Under the pieces are notes generated by a model that was not told the DNA's origin, ran no database searches, and saw only the letters and a list, made by a program, of their open reading frames with translations. A stretch of 32,000 bases of DNA from Haloquadratum walsbyi C23. Lineage in GTDB: Archaea; Halobacteriota; Halobacteria; Halobacteriales; Haloferacaceae. This document shows positions 16,147-22,711 of the stretch, in pieces. Each line of letters opens with the position of its first letter. Within the stretch, counting starts at the first letter, position 1. Made by a program: the position numbers and the translations under genes. The DNA is taken from positions 1 to 32,000 of the forward strand of contig NC_017459.1 in NCBI RefSeq assembly GCF_000237865.1, written 5' to 3'.

Positions 16147-17427
16147 ATGGCGAAACAGGTCGTCACCCGCACCTACATCGCTTCCATACGGAACCAGTCT
16201 CAGGTGCAAGACGACCTTGATTCGCTCGGGTTCGCTGCCTCGAAGCTCTGGAACGTCGGACGGTGGACGTGTAGTCGGATCTGGGATGAAATCGATCATA
16301 TCCCGAACCACAACGAACTCACCACGTACCTCAAAACCCACGAACGCTACGATGACCTGCATTCGCAGTCAAGTCAGCGAGTCCTTCAAGAACTCGCTGA
16401 AGCGTTCAACGGTTGGTACGGTAAACGACGCAACGGGGACACGAACGCGAATCCGCCCGGCTACCGCAAACACGGCGATGACCACCCACGTTCCACGGTC
16501 ACATTCAAAGCTGCTGGCTTCAAGCTCGATACCCAGTACTACCGCGTTCGACTCTCAAAGGGGTCGAACCTCAAGGACTACTGGTCGGACTTCATTCTTT
16601 GTGAGTACCAAACCCGCCCCGACGTCGATCTCTCCACTGTCGAGAACGTCCAACAGGTGCGAATAGTTTGGACGGGTACGGAATGGGAACTACACTTCGT
16701 CTGTAAGGTCCAAATCGACGTGGCTGAAGCCCCCAGTGAGAATACGGTAGGCGTTGATCTCGGGATCAACAACTTCGCCGCGCTCGCGTATGAAGACGGC
16801 CACGGCGAGCTCTATCCGCTGAACTGTCTGAAGCAGGACGACTACTACTTTAGCAAACGGATTGCCCGGTGTGATGACTCGAACTCCGAGCAGGCCACCC
16901 GGCTGAATCATAAGAAGTCGGCTCGTCGCACTCACTATTTCCATACGCTTTCGAAACACATTGTTGAACGGTGTGTTGAGGAAGGCGTTGGAACGATCGT
17001 AGTGGGAGATCTCTCGGGGATCCGCGAAGATGATGACACCAACAAGTCGAAAAACTGGGGGAAACACGGTAATCTCGACTTGCACTCGTGGGCGTTTGAC
17101 CGGTTCACCGACCTTCTCGAATACAAGGCGGAGATGGAAGGAATCACCGTCGAGGAAGCCTCTGAGGAGGACACGTCGAAGTCGTGTTCGTGCTGTGGTC
17201 GCAAGCGTGATGCGAACCGTGTTGAACGCGGGTTGTACGTCTGTGATGACTGTGGGACGGTAGCGAACGCTGATGTGAACGGGGCTGAGAATATCCGACA
17301 GAAAGTATCTCTGAGTTCACTGAATCTGTCGGTGAATAGGAGTAACGGCTGGTTGGCACAGCCATCGACGTTCCTGTTTGACAAGGAGACTGGTGCGTTT
17401 GCACCTGAAGAACGGGTTAGGTCGTAA
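16147..17427 (+). CDS. tnpB: TnpB (IS605 OrfB-type, RuvC-like RNA-guided nuclease family)
   Basis: 427 aa from ATG 16147. Motifs are RuvC-I VGVDLGINN, zinc ribbon CSCCG...CDDCG and RuvC-III NADVNGAENI. The longer ORF from 15934 runs through repeat and left-end DNA and is not credible. Confidence 0.9.
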   Translation: MAKQVVTRTYIASIRNQSQVQDDLDSLGFAASKLWNVGRWTCSRIWDEIDHIPNHNELTTYLKTHERYDDLHSQSSQRVLQELAEAFNGWYGKRRNGDTNANPPGYRKHGDDHPRSTVTFKAAGFKLDTQYYRVRLSKGSNLKDYWSDFILCEYQTRPDVDLSTVENVQQVRIVWTGTEWELHFVCKVQIDVAEAPSENTVGVDLGINNFAALAYEDGHGELYPLNCLKQDDYYFSKRIARCDDSNSEQATRLNHKKSARRTHYFHTLSKHIVERCVEEGVGTIVVGDLSGIREDDDTNKSKNWGKHGNLDLHSWAFDRFTDLLEYKAEMEGITVEEASEEDTSKSCSCCGRKRDANRVERGLYVCDDCGTVANADVNGAENIRQKVSLSSLNLSVNRSNGWLAQPSTFLFDKETGAFAPEERVRS

Positions 17428-17497
17428 ACCACAATATCCCAACTCAGCGGTGCGGTGCCGTGGGAATCCTCGCGCTTCAGCGCGGGGAGGATGTCAA
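17250..17497 (+). ncRNA. Predicted omega/right-end RNA scaffold of the TnpB element
   Basis: This is by analogy only. In characterised TnpB systems the guide RNA scaffold spans the 3' end of tnpB and the right end. Here that segment ends with the bulged stem CCTCGCGC-TTCA-GCGCG(GGG)AGG followed by ATGTCAA. The extent is approximate. Confidence 0.3.
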
Positions 17498-17745
17498 CCG
17501 AAGTGCTGTTCTCGATGTAGTCGGAACATTGAGATGACAACACCAGCTGTCGCAATAAGTTCAATCACAAGCACAATGGTAAATGCTGGAAAAAACTGTA
17601 ACTGAAAAATCGCCTGGATTGCTGGCAGTGCAAACAATCCTCCAACGCCAATAATCACAGAAAGGATTAAGCCAATGAGTGCCTGCTGATTCAATGATTC
17701 CGGCGCAAGCGGTTCTTTCTCGCCATCATTTTGATTCATGGTCAT
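17494..17745 (-). CDS. Small membrane protein of unknown function
   Basis: 83-aa ORF with an acidic N-terminus and two hydrophobic helices. Its stop codon (17494-17496) lies inside the last 4 nt of the IS right end. Confidence 0.45.
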   Translation of the reverse strand: MTMNQNDGEKEPLAPESLNQQALIGLILSVIIGVGGLFALPAIQAIFQLQFFPAFTIVLVIELIATAGVVISMFRLHREQHFG

Positions 17746-18030
17746 TTGATAGTCAACAAATATAGTATGTATTTATGAACACTTGAACCTACTCGCTATG
17801 CTCATGGTTATCTCAAGATGATGCACAGCATAAGTGAGTGTCTATGAGAATAGAGCATACTATCAAAAGATCATATTGTTTGTAATCAAACAATAATTAC
17901 TGCACGTATTGTGCTAAGTCACAGAGCCTGGGCTATCTCTCGTGTGTGACAAATCAAAAAATGAAAAGCTATACTCGGAGTGAATTGCGGTCATATACTG
18001 TATGACAACCACGATATGTGGTGTCATTGT

Positions 18031-18061
18031 TACCGCAACAATCGATAATTGTTGTTAGGTA
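18031..18061 (-). terminator. Stem-loop immediately 3' of bop1
   Basis: Perfect 7-bp stem CAACAAT-cgata-ATTGTTG (18036-18054), extended by TACC/GGTA. It starts 5 nt after the bop1 stop codon. Its role (terminator or mRNA stabiliser) is inferred. Confidence 0.35.
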
Positions 18062-18065
18062 GTCG

Positions 18066-18830
18066 TTAGTCCGCAGCGGTTTCTTGTGCTGACGGTGTTG
18101 GCTCGCTGCCGCCACCCATAATAGCTCGACTGCGTAGGAGGATAAATCCGAATCCAACCTTCGCGACCAAATCAAGAACCATGAAGAGAAGCGTTTCACC
18201 GTAGAGACCGGTGAGTGCAAGCCCTTCAGTTCCAACAAGCCATGCAACTGGATATATTGCCCACGTTACAAGGATAATATTTCGAAGCGCGTTGAATGTC
18301 GACCGCGTGTCCTCATCTGCATCACTAACTGCCTCACCGAAGACGGCAACCAGGTAGTATAGGAGGAACACCATTGAGATAGTGCTTATCGTCCAGAAAG
18401 CATATCGTGCGACCACGACCTTTGTCAACGTTGCCACAAGACCAGTCACGATCATGAATGCGTCAATACCGACAAGCGCACCAATATCGCGCTGACTTGC
18501 ACCGGCAAGGAGGCCAATGTCAAGCAGAAGCAGTGGTGTTGTGAACAGCCAGTCAGCATATCGTGCCCAATACACGTCAACGACACGTCCGTTCGCCAAT
18601 GACACTTCGGTCAATCCGAAGCCAAAGAACATTGATAGATACGATGCAGCTGCGATTGCTGGAATGAGAATTGTGATGACGTAGAACTCCTTCTGACGGG
18701 GATCTTGGACATCCAATCCGTCAGCAATGAAGTACAGCATCCCAAGTAACATTCCAATTGTTCCAAGGGCTAGCCATATGCCCTCGCCTTCTACTCCGAG
18801 ACTGCTCATTTGCAGCGCCAGCTGAGACAT
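18066..18830 (-). CDS. bop1: Bacteriorhodopsin (light-driven proton pump type)
   Basis: 254 aa with 7 TM helices. RYADWLFTTPLLLLD gives the Asp85/Thr89/Asp96 equivalents. VGTEG...GETLLFMVLDLVAKVGFG gives the Glu194, Glu204, Asp212 and Lys216 equivalents. Confidence 0.95.
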   Translation of the reverse strand: MSQLALQMSSLGVEGEGIWLALGTIGMLLGMLYFIADGLDVQDPRQKEFYVITILIPAIAAASYLSMFFGFGLTEVSLANGRVVDVYWARYADWLFTTPLLLLDIGLLAGASQRDIGALVGIDAFMIVTGLVATLTKVVVARYAFWTISTISMVFLLYYLVAVFGEAVSDADEDTRSTFNALRNIILVTWAIYPVAWLVGTEGLALTGLYGETLLFMVLDLVAKVGFGFILLRSRAIMGGGSEPTPSAQETAAD

Positions 18831-18902
18831 TGCATTGTCCAGTATGTGCTCCTCACACTTAACGATATTCGCCGACCCGGCAATAAATTTTAAGTCCAGT
18901 AC

Positions 18903-18919
18903 CCATCAAATTTAGATGG
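18903..18919. promoter_or_regulatory. 17-bp palindrome in the bop1/brz-like divergent intergenic region
   Basis: CCATCAAATTTAGATGG forms 7 of 8 palindromic pairs and is centred ~81 nt upstream of the bop1 ATG. Function is not established. Confidence 0.3.
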
Positions 18920-19041
18920 TACGTACAATAAAATTGTAGAGTAAACCCATATAGACTGGAGACAACTCATGTGTGTGGAATCAAATGAGCACTATCAAAT
19001 ATCCGAAATCAACCCTGCGGTTAGCTATCCAATAAAAAATT

Positions 19042-19398
19042 ATGAGCGGAGATGAGACGACAGAAGTTGAATCCGAAGATGAAACGACACGGACAGACAC
19101 TACAGTAAAGACTGAGACTGAGACCGAAACCGAAACTGAACCAGAAACAACGCTTGATATTGAGGCAGCAGCTGAGCAAGAAGCATCCATTGAGGCGCTT
19201 CAAAATACTGTTGAGGAACAAGGTGACCGAATTGAAGAGCTTGAGGACCTTGTGTTGGATCTCTCCGCGCGCGTTGCAAGTGGTGATGCAACCGGCGTTT
19301 GTCCGGACTGCCATGGTCCAGTTATTAAATCAAATCCGTTCTTCCGCAGTGCAAAAATAAAATGTTCTGATTGCGGACGTGTCTTTCACGAATATTAA
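19042..19398 (+). CDS. brz: Small zinc-finger protein, Brz-like (candidate bop regulator)
   Basis: 118-aa ORF with a very acidic N-terminal half including (TE)5 and a coiled-coil-like EELEDLVLDL. The C-terminus carries CPDCHG...(19 aa)...CSDCG. It is divergent from bop1, as is brz in Halobacterium salinarum. Orthology is not verified. Confidence 0.5.
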   Translation: MSGDETTEVESEDETTRTDTTVKTETETETETEPETTLDIEAAAEQEASIEALQNTVEEQGDRIEELEDLVLDLSARVASGDATGVCPDCHGPVIKSNPFFRSAKIKCSDCGRVFHEY

Positions 19399-19950
19399 CG
19401 CCGTTAATATTGGGTTATTATTTTATTTCATCGAGTGTCACAGCCGCTATTGCAGATATAATTTCTAGTCTGTAAATTGAATTTTTCTCGGGGGACTCGA
19501 CATACTTCACAGAGTTACAAGGCGAATACCACATAGCTGATCCTGAGGCAGTCTATGACTTCTTTCCTCGATAATCTTTCTCGCTTCTTCTGAAAGCTGA
19601 TAGTAATTCAGGGGTTAATACGCTTCTTGCAGCTCACCAGAGTCACACTTTGAGTGACTATCATCTAATATCCGCTCGTTTACTATCTTCAAGATACTCA
19701 TCCTTGCAGGCGACTGCCGGACTGCGTCGTCGGTGACTTGCTCTTTATATGGAAAATTAGTGGGTAATGCATTCGGTACATTAGTAATTTTCAGGTTTGA
19801 GTTCCGAGGTATAGTGAATAAGTTATATTCGACTGACTGTTGAATAGTATCTAGTGATATCAGGAAACCGGAATCTCTAGGCGCTTTGCATACGCTCTGA
19901 TGCACGCCCTACAGCGTCACCACTATATTATTACATCGTCGATAACAGAT

Positions 19951-20193
19951 ATGCGAATCAGATATAATCGTGAAACATGTATTGGAATGTTTCAGTGCGT
20001 TAATGAATGGGATGCATTTGAGGAAAATATTGACGCTGGAAAGGCTGAATTAGCCAAGGCAGATGAAGTCGAAGATGGGATATTTGAGCGTGAGGTTCCT
20101 GAAGATGTGGAATTCGAAGCGAAATTCGCTGCCCGTGTCTGTCCAGTTGACGCAATTGAAGTGTATGATGACGATGGCGAGCAAATCGTCTAA
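19951..20193 (+). CDS. Small single-cluster ferredoxin-like protein
   Basis: 80 aa from ATG 19951. It has C-x5-C (CIGMFQC) plus a distal CPVDAI, the pattern of 3Fe/4Fe mono-cluster ferredoxins. A TATA-like TATATTATTA lies ~20-28 nt upstream of this ATG. Confidence 0.55.
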   Translation: MRIRYNRETCIGMFQCVNEWDAFEENIDAGKAELAKADEVEDGIFEREVPEDVEFEAKFAARVCPVDAIEVYDDDGEQIV

Positions 20194-20287
20194 TATTTTC
20201 ACATATAGGGATCAACATGGCTTTGAGCCATGTATCAAAATAAACTGATGAATCATATTTTTATTTATCATTCAATATTCTAGCATT

Positions 20288-20365
20288 TAATAGGCGCTAA
20301 CCCCCCTTCCTCGTCCTCAAGGAACGAGCGAAATGAGTGAGTGAGGCGGAGACACAGCGCTATTA
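20288..20365 (+). repeat. 78-bp element with palindromic ends (family C/D, copy C)
   Basis: The ends AATAGGCGCT...AGCGCTATT are inverted. The interior CCCCTTCCTCGTCCTCAAGGAACGAGCGAAATGAGTGAGTGAGG shares its first ~35 nt with 21776-21839 and the AATGAGTGAGT..GAGG part with the family 2 left ends. Confidence 0.5.
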
Positions 20366-20425
20366 TGATTCTGTCATGCATTTTAAATACCCACTTATGA
20401 CTGTCTCGATTGATCTCCGCAAGTG

Positions 20426-21166
20426 TCAGTGTGATTTTATATCGTTCGTCGACGATGGATGACTAGCAGCCTGAAGAATATCTTGACTCCCTAGTAAAAC
20501 AGCACCAAATCCAATTTTTGTTCCAATATCAAGCATAACGTATAGCATTATTTCTGTGGTGACAGCGATTATACCAAATCCACCGCCTGTTCCAAGAATC
20601 CATACGATTGGGTATAGTGCCCAGAGTCCGAGTGTAATATTACGAAGTCGGTTGAATATTATACCCGTCTCTGCTGATCGGCTTCTGGCGCGTTCTGAGA
20701 GTTCGCCGAGTAGATAATATAATAAAATAATAAATGCCGCAGTACTCACTGCCCACCATACGATTCTAATGACAGCACCTTGCTGCATCATCGACCCGGC
20801 GAGTCCACCGAGAATCATGATTGCATCAATGATGATCAATTTATACAGTGTCTGTTTTCTCGCGCCTGCAACTAATGCTAAATCAATTATCAAAAGTGGC
20901 GTTGTCAATAGCCAATCAGCATATCGTGCCCAATAGATATCGATCACTTCAGTTCCTCTTATTGGCATCGAAATGACCCCCAGTCCAGTCGCCATTGCGA
21001 GATAGGCGGCTGCTGCAATCGCTGGAATCAGGGTTGTGATAATATAGTATGTCTGCTGTTCGGGATCAGTTGATCCTCGCCCTCGCACTGCAAAATACAC
21101 TGTTCCTAGCACCATTCCGATGGTTCCAATCCACAGCCAGGTCGCTTCTGAGCCTGGTGTCGCCAT
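20426..21166 (-). CDS. bop2: Second bacteriorhodopsin-like rhodopsin (divergent paralog)
   Basis: 7 TM helices with RYADWLLTTPLLIIDL (Asp85/Thr89/Asp96 equivalents) and TTEIMLYVMLDIGTKIGFG (Glu204, Asp212, Lys216). ATG 21166 is preferred over 21238 because a TATA-like TATAAATT lies ~30 nt upstream of it. Confidence 0.9.
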   Translation of the reverse strand: MATPGSEATWLWIGTIGMVLGTVYFAVRGRGSTDPEQQTYYIITTLIPAIAAAAYLAMATGLGVISMPIRGTEVIDIYWARYADWLLTTPLLIIDLALVAGARKQTLYKLIIIDAIMILGGLAGSMMQQGAVIRIVWWAVSTAAFIILLYYLLGELSERARSRSAETGIIFNRLRNITLGLWALYPIVWILGTGGGFGIIAVTTEIMLYVMLDIGTKIGFGAVLLGSQDILQAASHPSSTNDIKSH

Positions 21167-21193
21167 ACCCACATAACATGTTGTCCTCTCACA

Positions 21194-21201
21194 ATTTATA
21201 T
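21194..21201 (-). promoter_or_regulatory. TATA-like box for bop2
   Basis: The minus strand reads CATATAAATTG, 28-35 nt upstream of ATG 21166. This spacing fits a leaderless or short-leader archaeal transcript. Confidence 0.4.
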
Positions 21202-21230
21202 GCTGTGGCGGATCGTGATTATCTAAATTT

Positions 21231-21548
21231 GAGGGCAAGACCCCTCATCAAGAAGTGAGTGAAACGAACAAGTAGCGAGGGGATACACCTGACAGACTAC
21301 AACAATTAATATCTAAGCTAACAGACAAGTTATTCTCTAACGTGGAACTAATTCAAACTACTAATACAGACGGCAACACCATTCGTTCTTGTCGTTTCGC
21401 CACTGTTCAAACAGGTACGCTTAGTCTCTTGAACAAGATGTTTGAGAAAGAGAATCCACAGCGGCTCGTGGACGCCCCACAACGGATAATTCTCTCTGCT
21501 CATAAATCTGGTCAGATTCTGACGGCTGAGCAGGTCGGGGTCGTTCAC
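21231..21548 (+). mobile_element. ~320-bp non-autonomous element (family 2), copy 2, uninterrupted
   Basis: It aligns end to end with 7613-7735 plus 8404-8643. It lies between bop2 and crtY, and its left end is ~65 nt upstream of the bop2 start. Confidence 0.65.
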
Positions 21549-21775
21549 TCAGCACAACCGATTTTTTTCTTAGTACTGTGGAAATCTGAGATGATTCTTT
21601 ATTCGCTCTGGGGATACAGAAAATTCTGAGTTCCCGGAATCAAAATCGGAAATTGAAATTAATCGAGCATAGTCGAGGGTGATATGAGTGGTAATTAGTG
21701 ACGCTCTTTACCCGTCAATATAAATCTGAATATAAATTGTCAAAATAATATTTCGCTTGCTGTCCATATTTTAGC

Positions 21776-21839
21776 TAATACAGGCTAAGTCCCCTTCCTC
21801 AAGGAGCAAACCGGGGCAGATTGAGGTAGTTCAGTATTA
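21776..21839 (+). repeat. Family C/D element, copy D
   Basis: TAATACAGGCTAAGTCCCCTTCCTCAAGGAGCAAACCGGGGCAGATTGAGGTAGTTCAGTATTA. The first half matches copy C, and the end GAGGTAGTTCAG resembles the family B terminus GAGGTAGTTCAC. Confidence 0.45.
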
Positions 21840-21928
21840 TCTTGATATTTATTTCAACCGAACTCATCGGTTAACATTACACTTATTGCTGAACCATCCC
21901 TATCTCAACTCATGCATTACCTCCGTAA

Positions 21929-22711
21929 TTGTCGTTATCAGTTCAGCCACTTGTGAGTGGACTCTCATATGCGGGGTTTCATGTCTTATTCACACTCCCG
22001 CCACTTGCGTACCTCTTTGTGTTTGGGACGACTCCGACCCGCCGAGTTGCCCGTGTCGGAATTATACTTATGACCGTCGTCGCGGTGATATACACGACAC
22101 CGTGGGACAACTATCTTATACAGCGCGGCGTGTGGTGGTATGGTCCAGGTGATATATTTGCTCGTATCTGGAAGGCACCCGTTGGTGAGTATCTATTTTT
22201 TATTCTTCAACCAATCCTCACTGGACTGTGGGTTACAACGCTCACGCCTGATGCCACATATCGTAATGGTGATTTTGATCGTCGACCTCGAACACTCGGT
22301 GCTCTCGTATGGCTTGGGTTTGGTATTATTGGTACTGTCCTTCTTACAGTTGAGTCCGGATTTTATCTCGGTGCAATCTTAGCGTGGGCTTGTCCAGTTG
22401 TGGCACTCCAGTGGGCTGTTGGTGGCGGATATCTTACTCGACGATGGCGTGAATGGTCGCTTGCTATTGCTATCCCAACAGTATATCTATGGATGATAGA
22501 TAGCATCGCCATTGCCCTTGGTGTCTGGACAATCTCCGATCAGTATTCAACTGGGATTAACCTTCTCGGTCTTCCAATTGAAGAAGCTGTATTCTTTCTT
22601 ATAACGAATATACTCATTGTATATGGCTTAATTCTCTTTGAGTGGATTATCGATTACTGGTATCACCACCCAGACGCTATTGGACCGGAGGTGTCCCGAG
22701 AGTGGCTGTAA
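21929..22711 (+). CDS. crtY: Lycopene beta-cyclase (fused CrtYc/CrtYd type)
   Basis: 260-aa polytopic ORF with TTPWDNYLI and two PxEE-type motifs (PVGEY, PIEEAVFF). The first codon of the ORF is TTG; a GTG at 21953 is an alternative start. Confidence 0.85.
   Translation: MSLSVQPLVSGLSYAGFHVLFTLPPLAYLFVFGTTPTRRVARVGIILMTVVAVIYTTPWDNYLIQRGVWWYGPGDIFARIWKAPVGEYLFFILQPILTGLWVTTLTPDATYRNGDFDRRPRTLGALVWLGFGIIGTVLLTVESGFYLGAILAWACPVVALQWAVGGGYLTRRWREWSLAIAIPTVYLWMIDSIAIALGVWTISDQYSTGINLLGLPIEEAVFFLITNILIVYGLILFEWIIDYWYHHPDAIGPEVSREWL

Larger units (their letters stand above)
15997..17497 (+). mobile_element. IS200/IS605-family insertion sequence, IS1341 type (tnpB only)
   Basis: There is one tnpB ORF and no tnpA. 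Subterminal hairpins with a TTCA loop sit at both ends (16016-16035 and 17468-17490), and there are no terminal inverted repeats. Ends were defined by alignment with the derivative at 7736-8403. GC is visibly higher than the flanks: two 60-nt lines counted at 53% and 60%, against 47% in cdc48. Confidence 0.8.

Noticed and set aside
16935-17564. 209-aa minus-strand ORF antisense to tnpB, and similar long antisense ORFs (2951-3487, 4283-4708, 6385-6693, 10410-10772, 24401-24790, 26177-26473)
   Set aside because: These are shadow ORFs opposite well-supported genes. They have S/R/P-rich compositions and no motifs.
17811-17860. GATGATGC motif downstream of bop1, considered as a C/D-box sRNA
   Set aside because: It is not a canonical C box (RUGAUGA), and there is no D box (CUGA) at a suitable distance.
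19012-19024. ACCCTGCGGTTAG upstream of the brz-like gene, resembling my recollection of the Halobacterium bop UAS (ACC..7 nt..TT.G)
   Set aside because: The spacing is one nucleotide shorter than the consensus as I remember it, and I cannot verify that consensus here. It is too weak to call.
19615-19905. 96-aa minus-strand ORF between the brz-like gene and the ferredoxin
   Set aside because: No family or motif recognised and only weakly acidic. Its ATG lies 45 nt from the ferredoxin ATG and overlaps that gene's TATA-like region. A real small protein cannot be excluded without expression or conservation data.
21167-21238. 24-codon N-terminal extension of bop2 (MPSNLDNHDPPQHINCERTTCYVG)
   Set aside because: The TATA-like box at 21194-21201 would lie inside it. 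The extension runs up to the edge of a mobile element, and rhodopsin homology starts after ATG 21166. It is kept as an alternative only.
21342-21629. 95-aa plus-strand ORF between bop2 and crtY
   Set aside because: It starts with GTG, is basic rather than acidic, and crosses the right boundary (21548) of the family 2 element. The homologous stretch in copy 1 (8404-8643) is not open in the same way.
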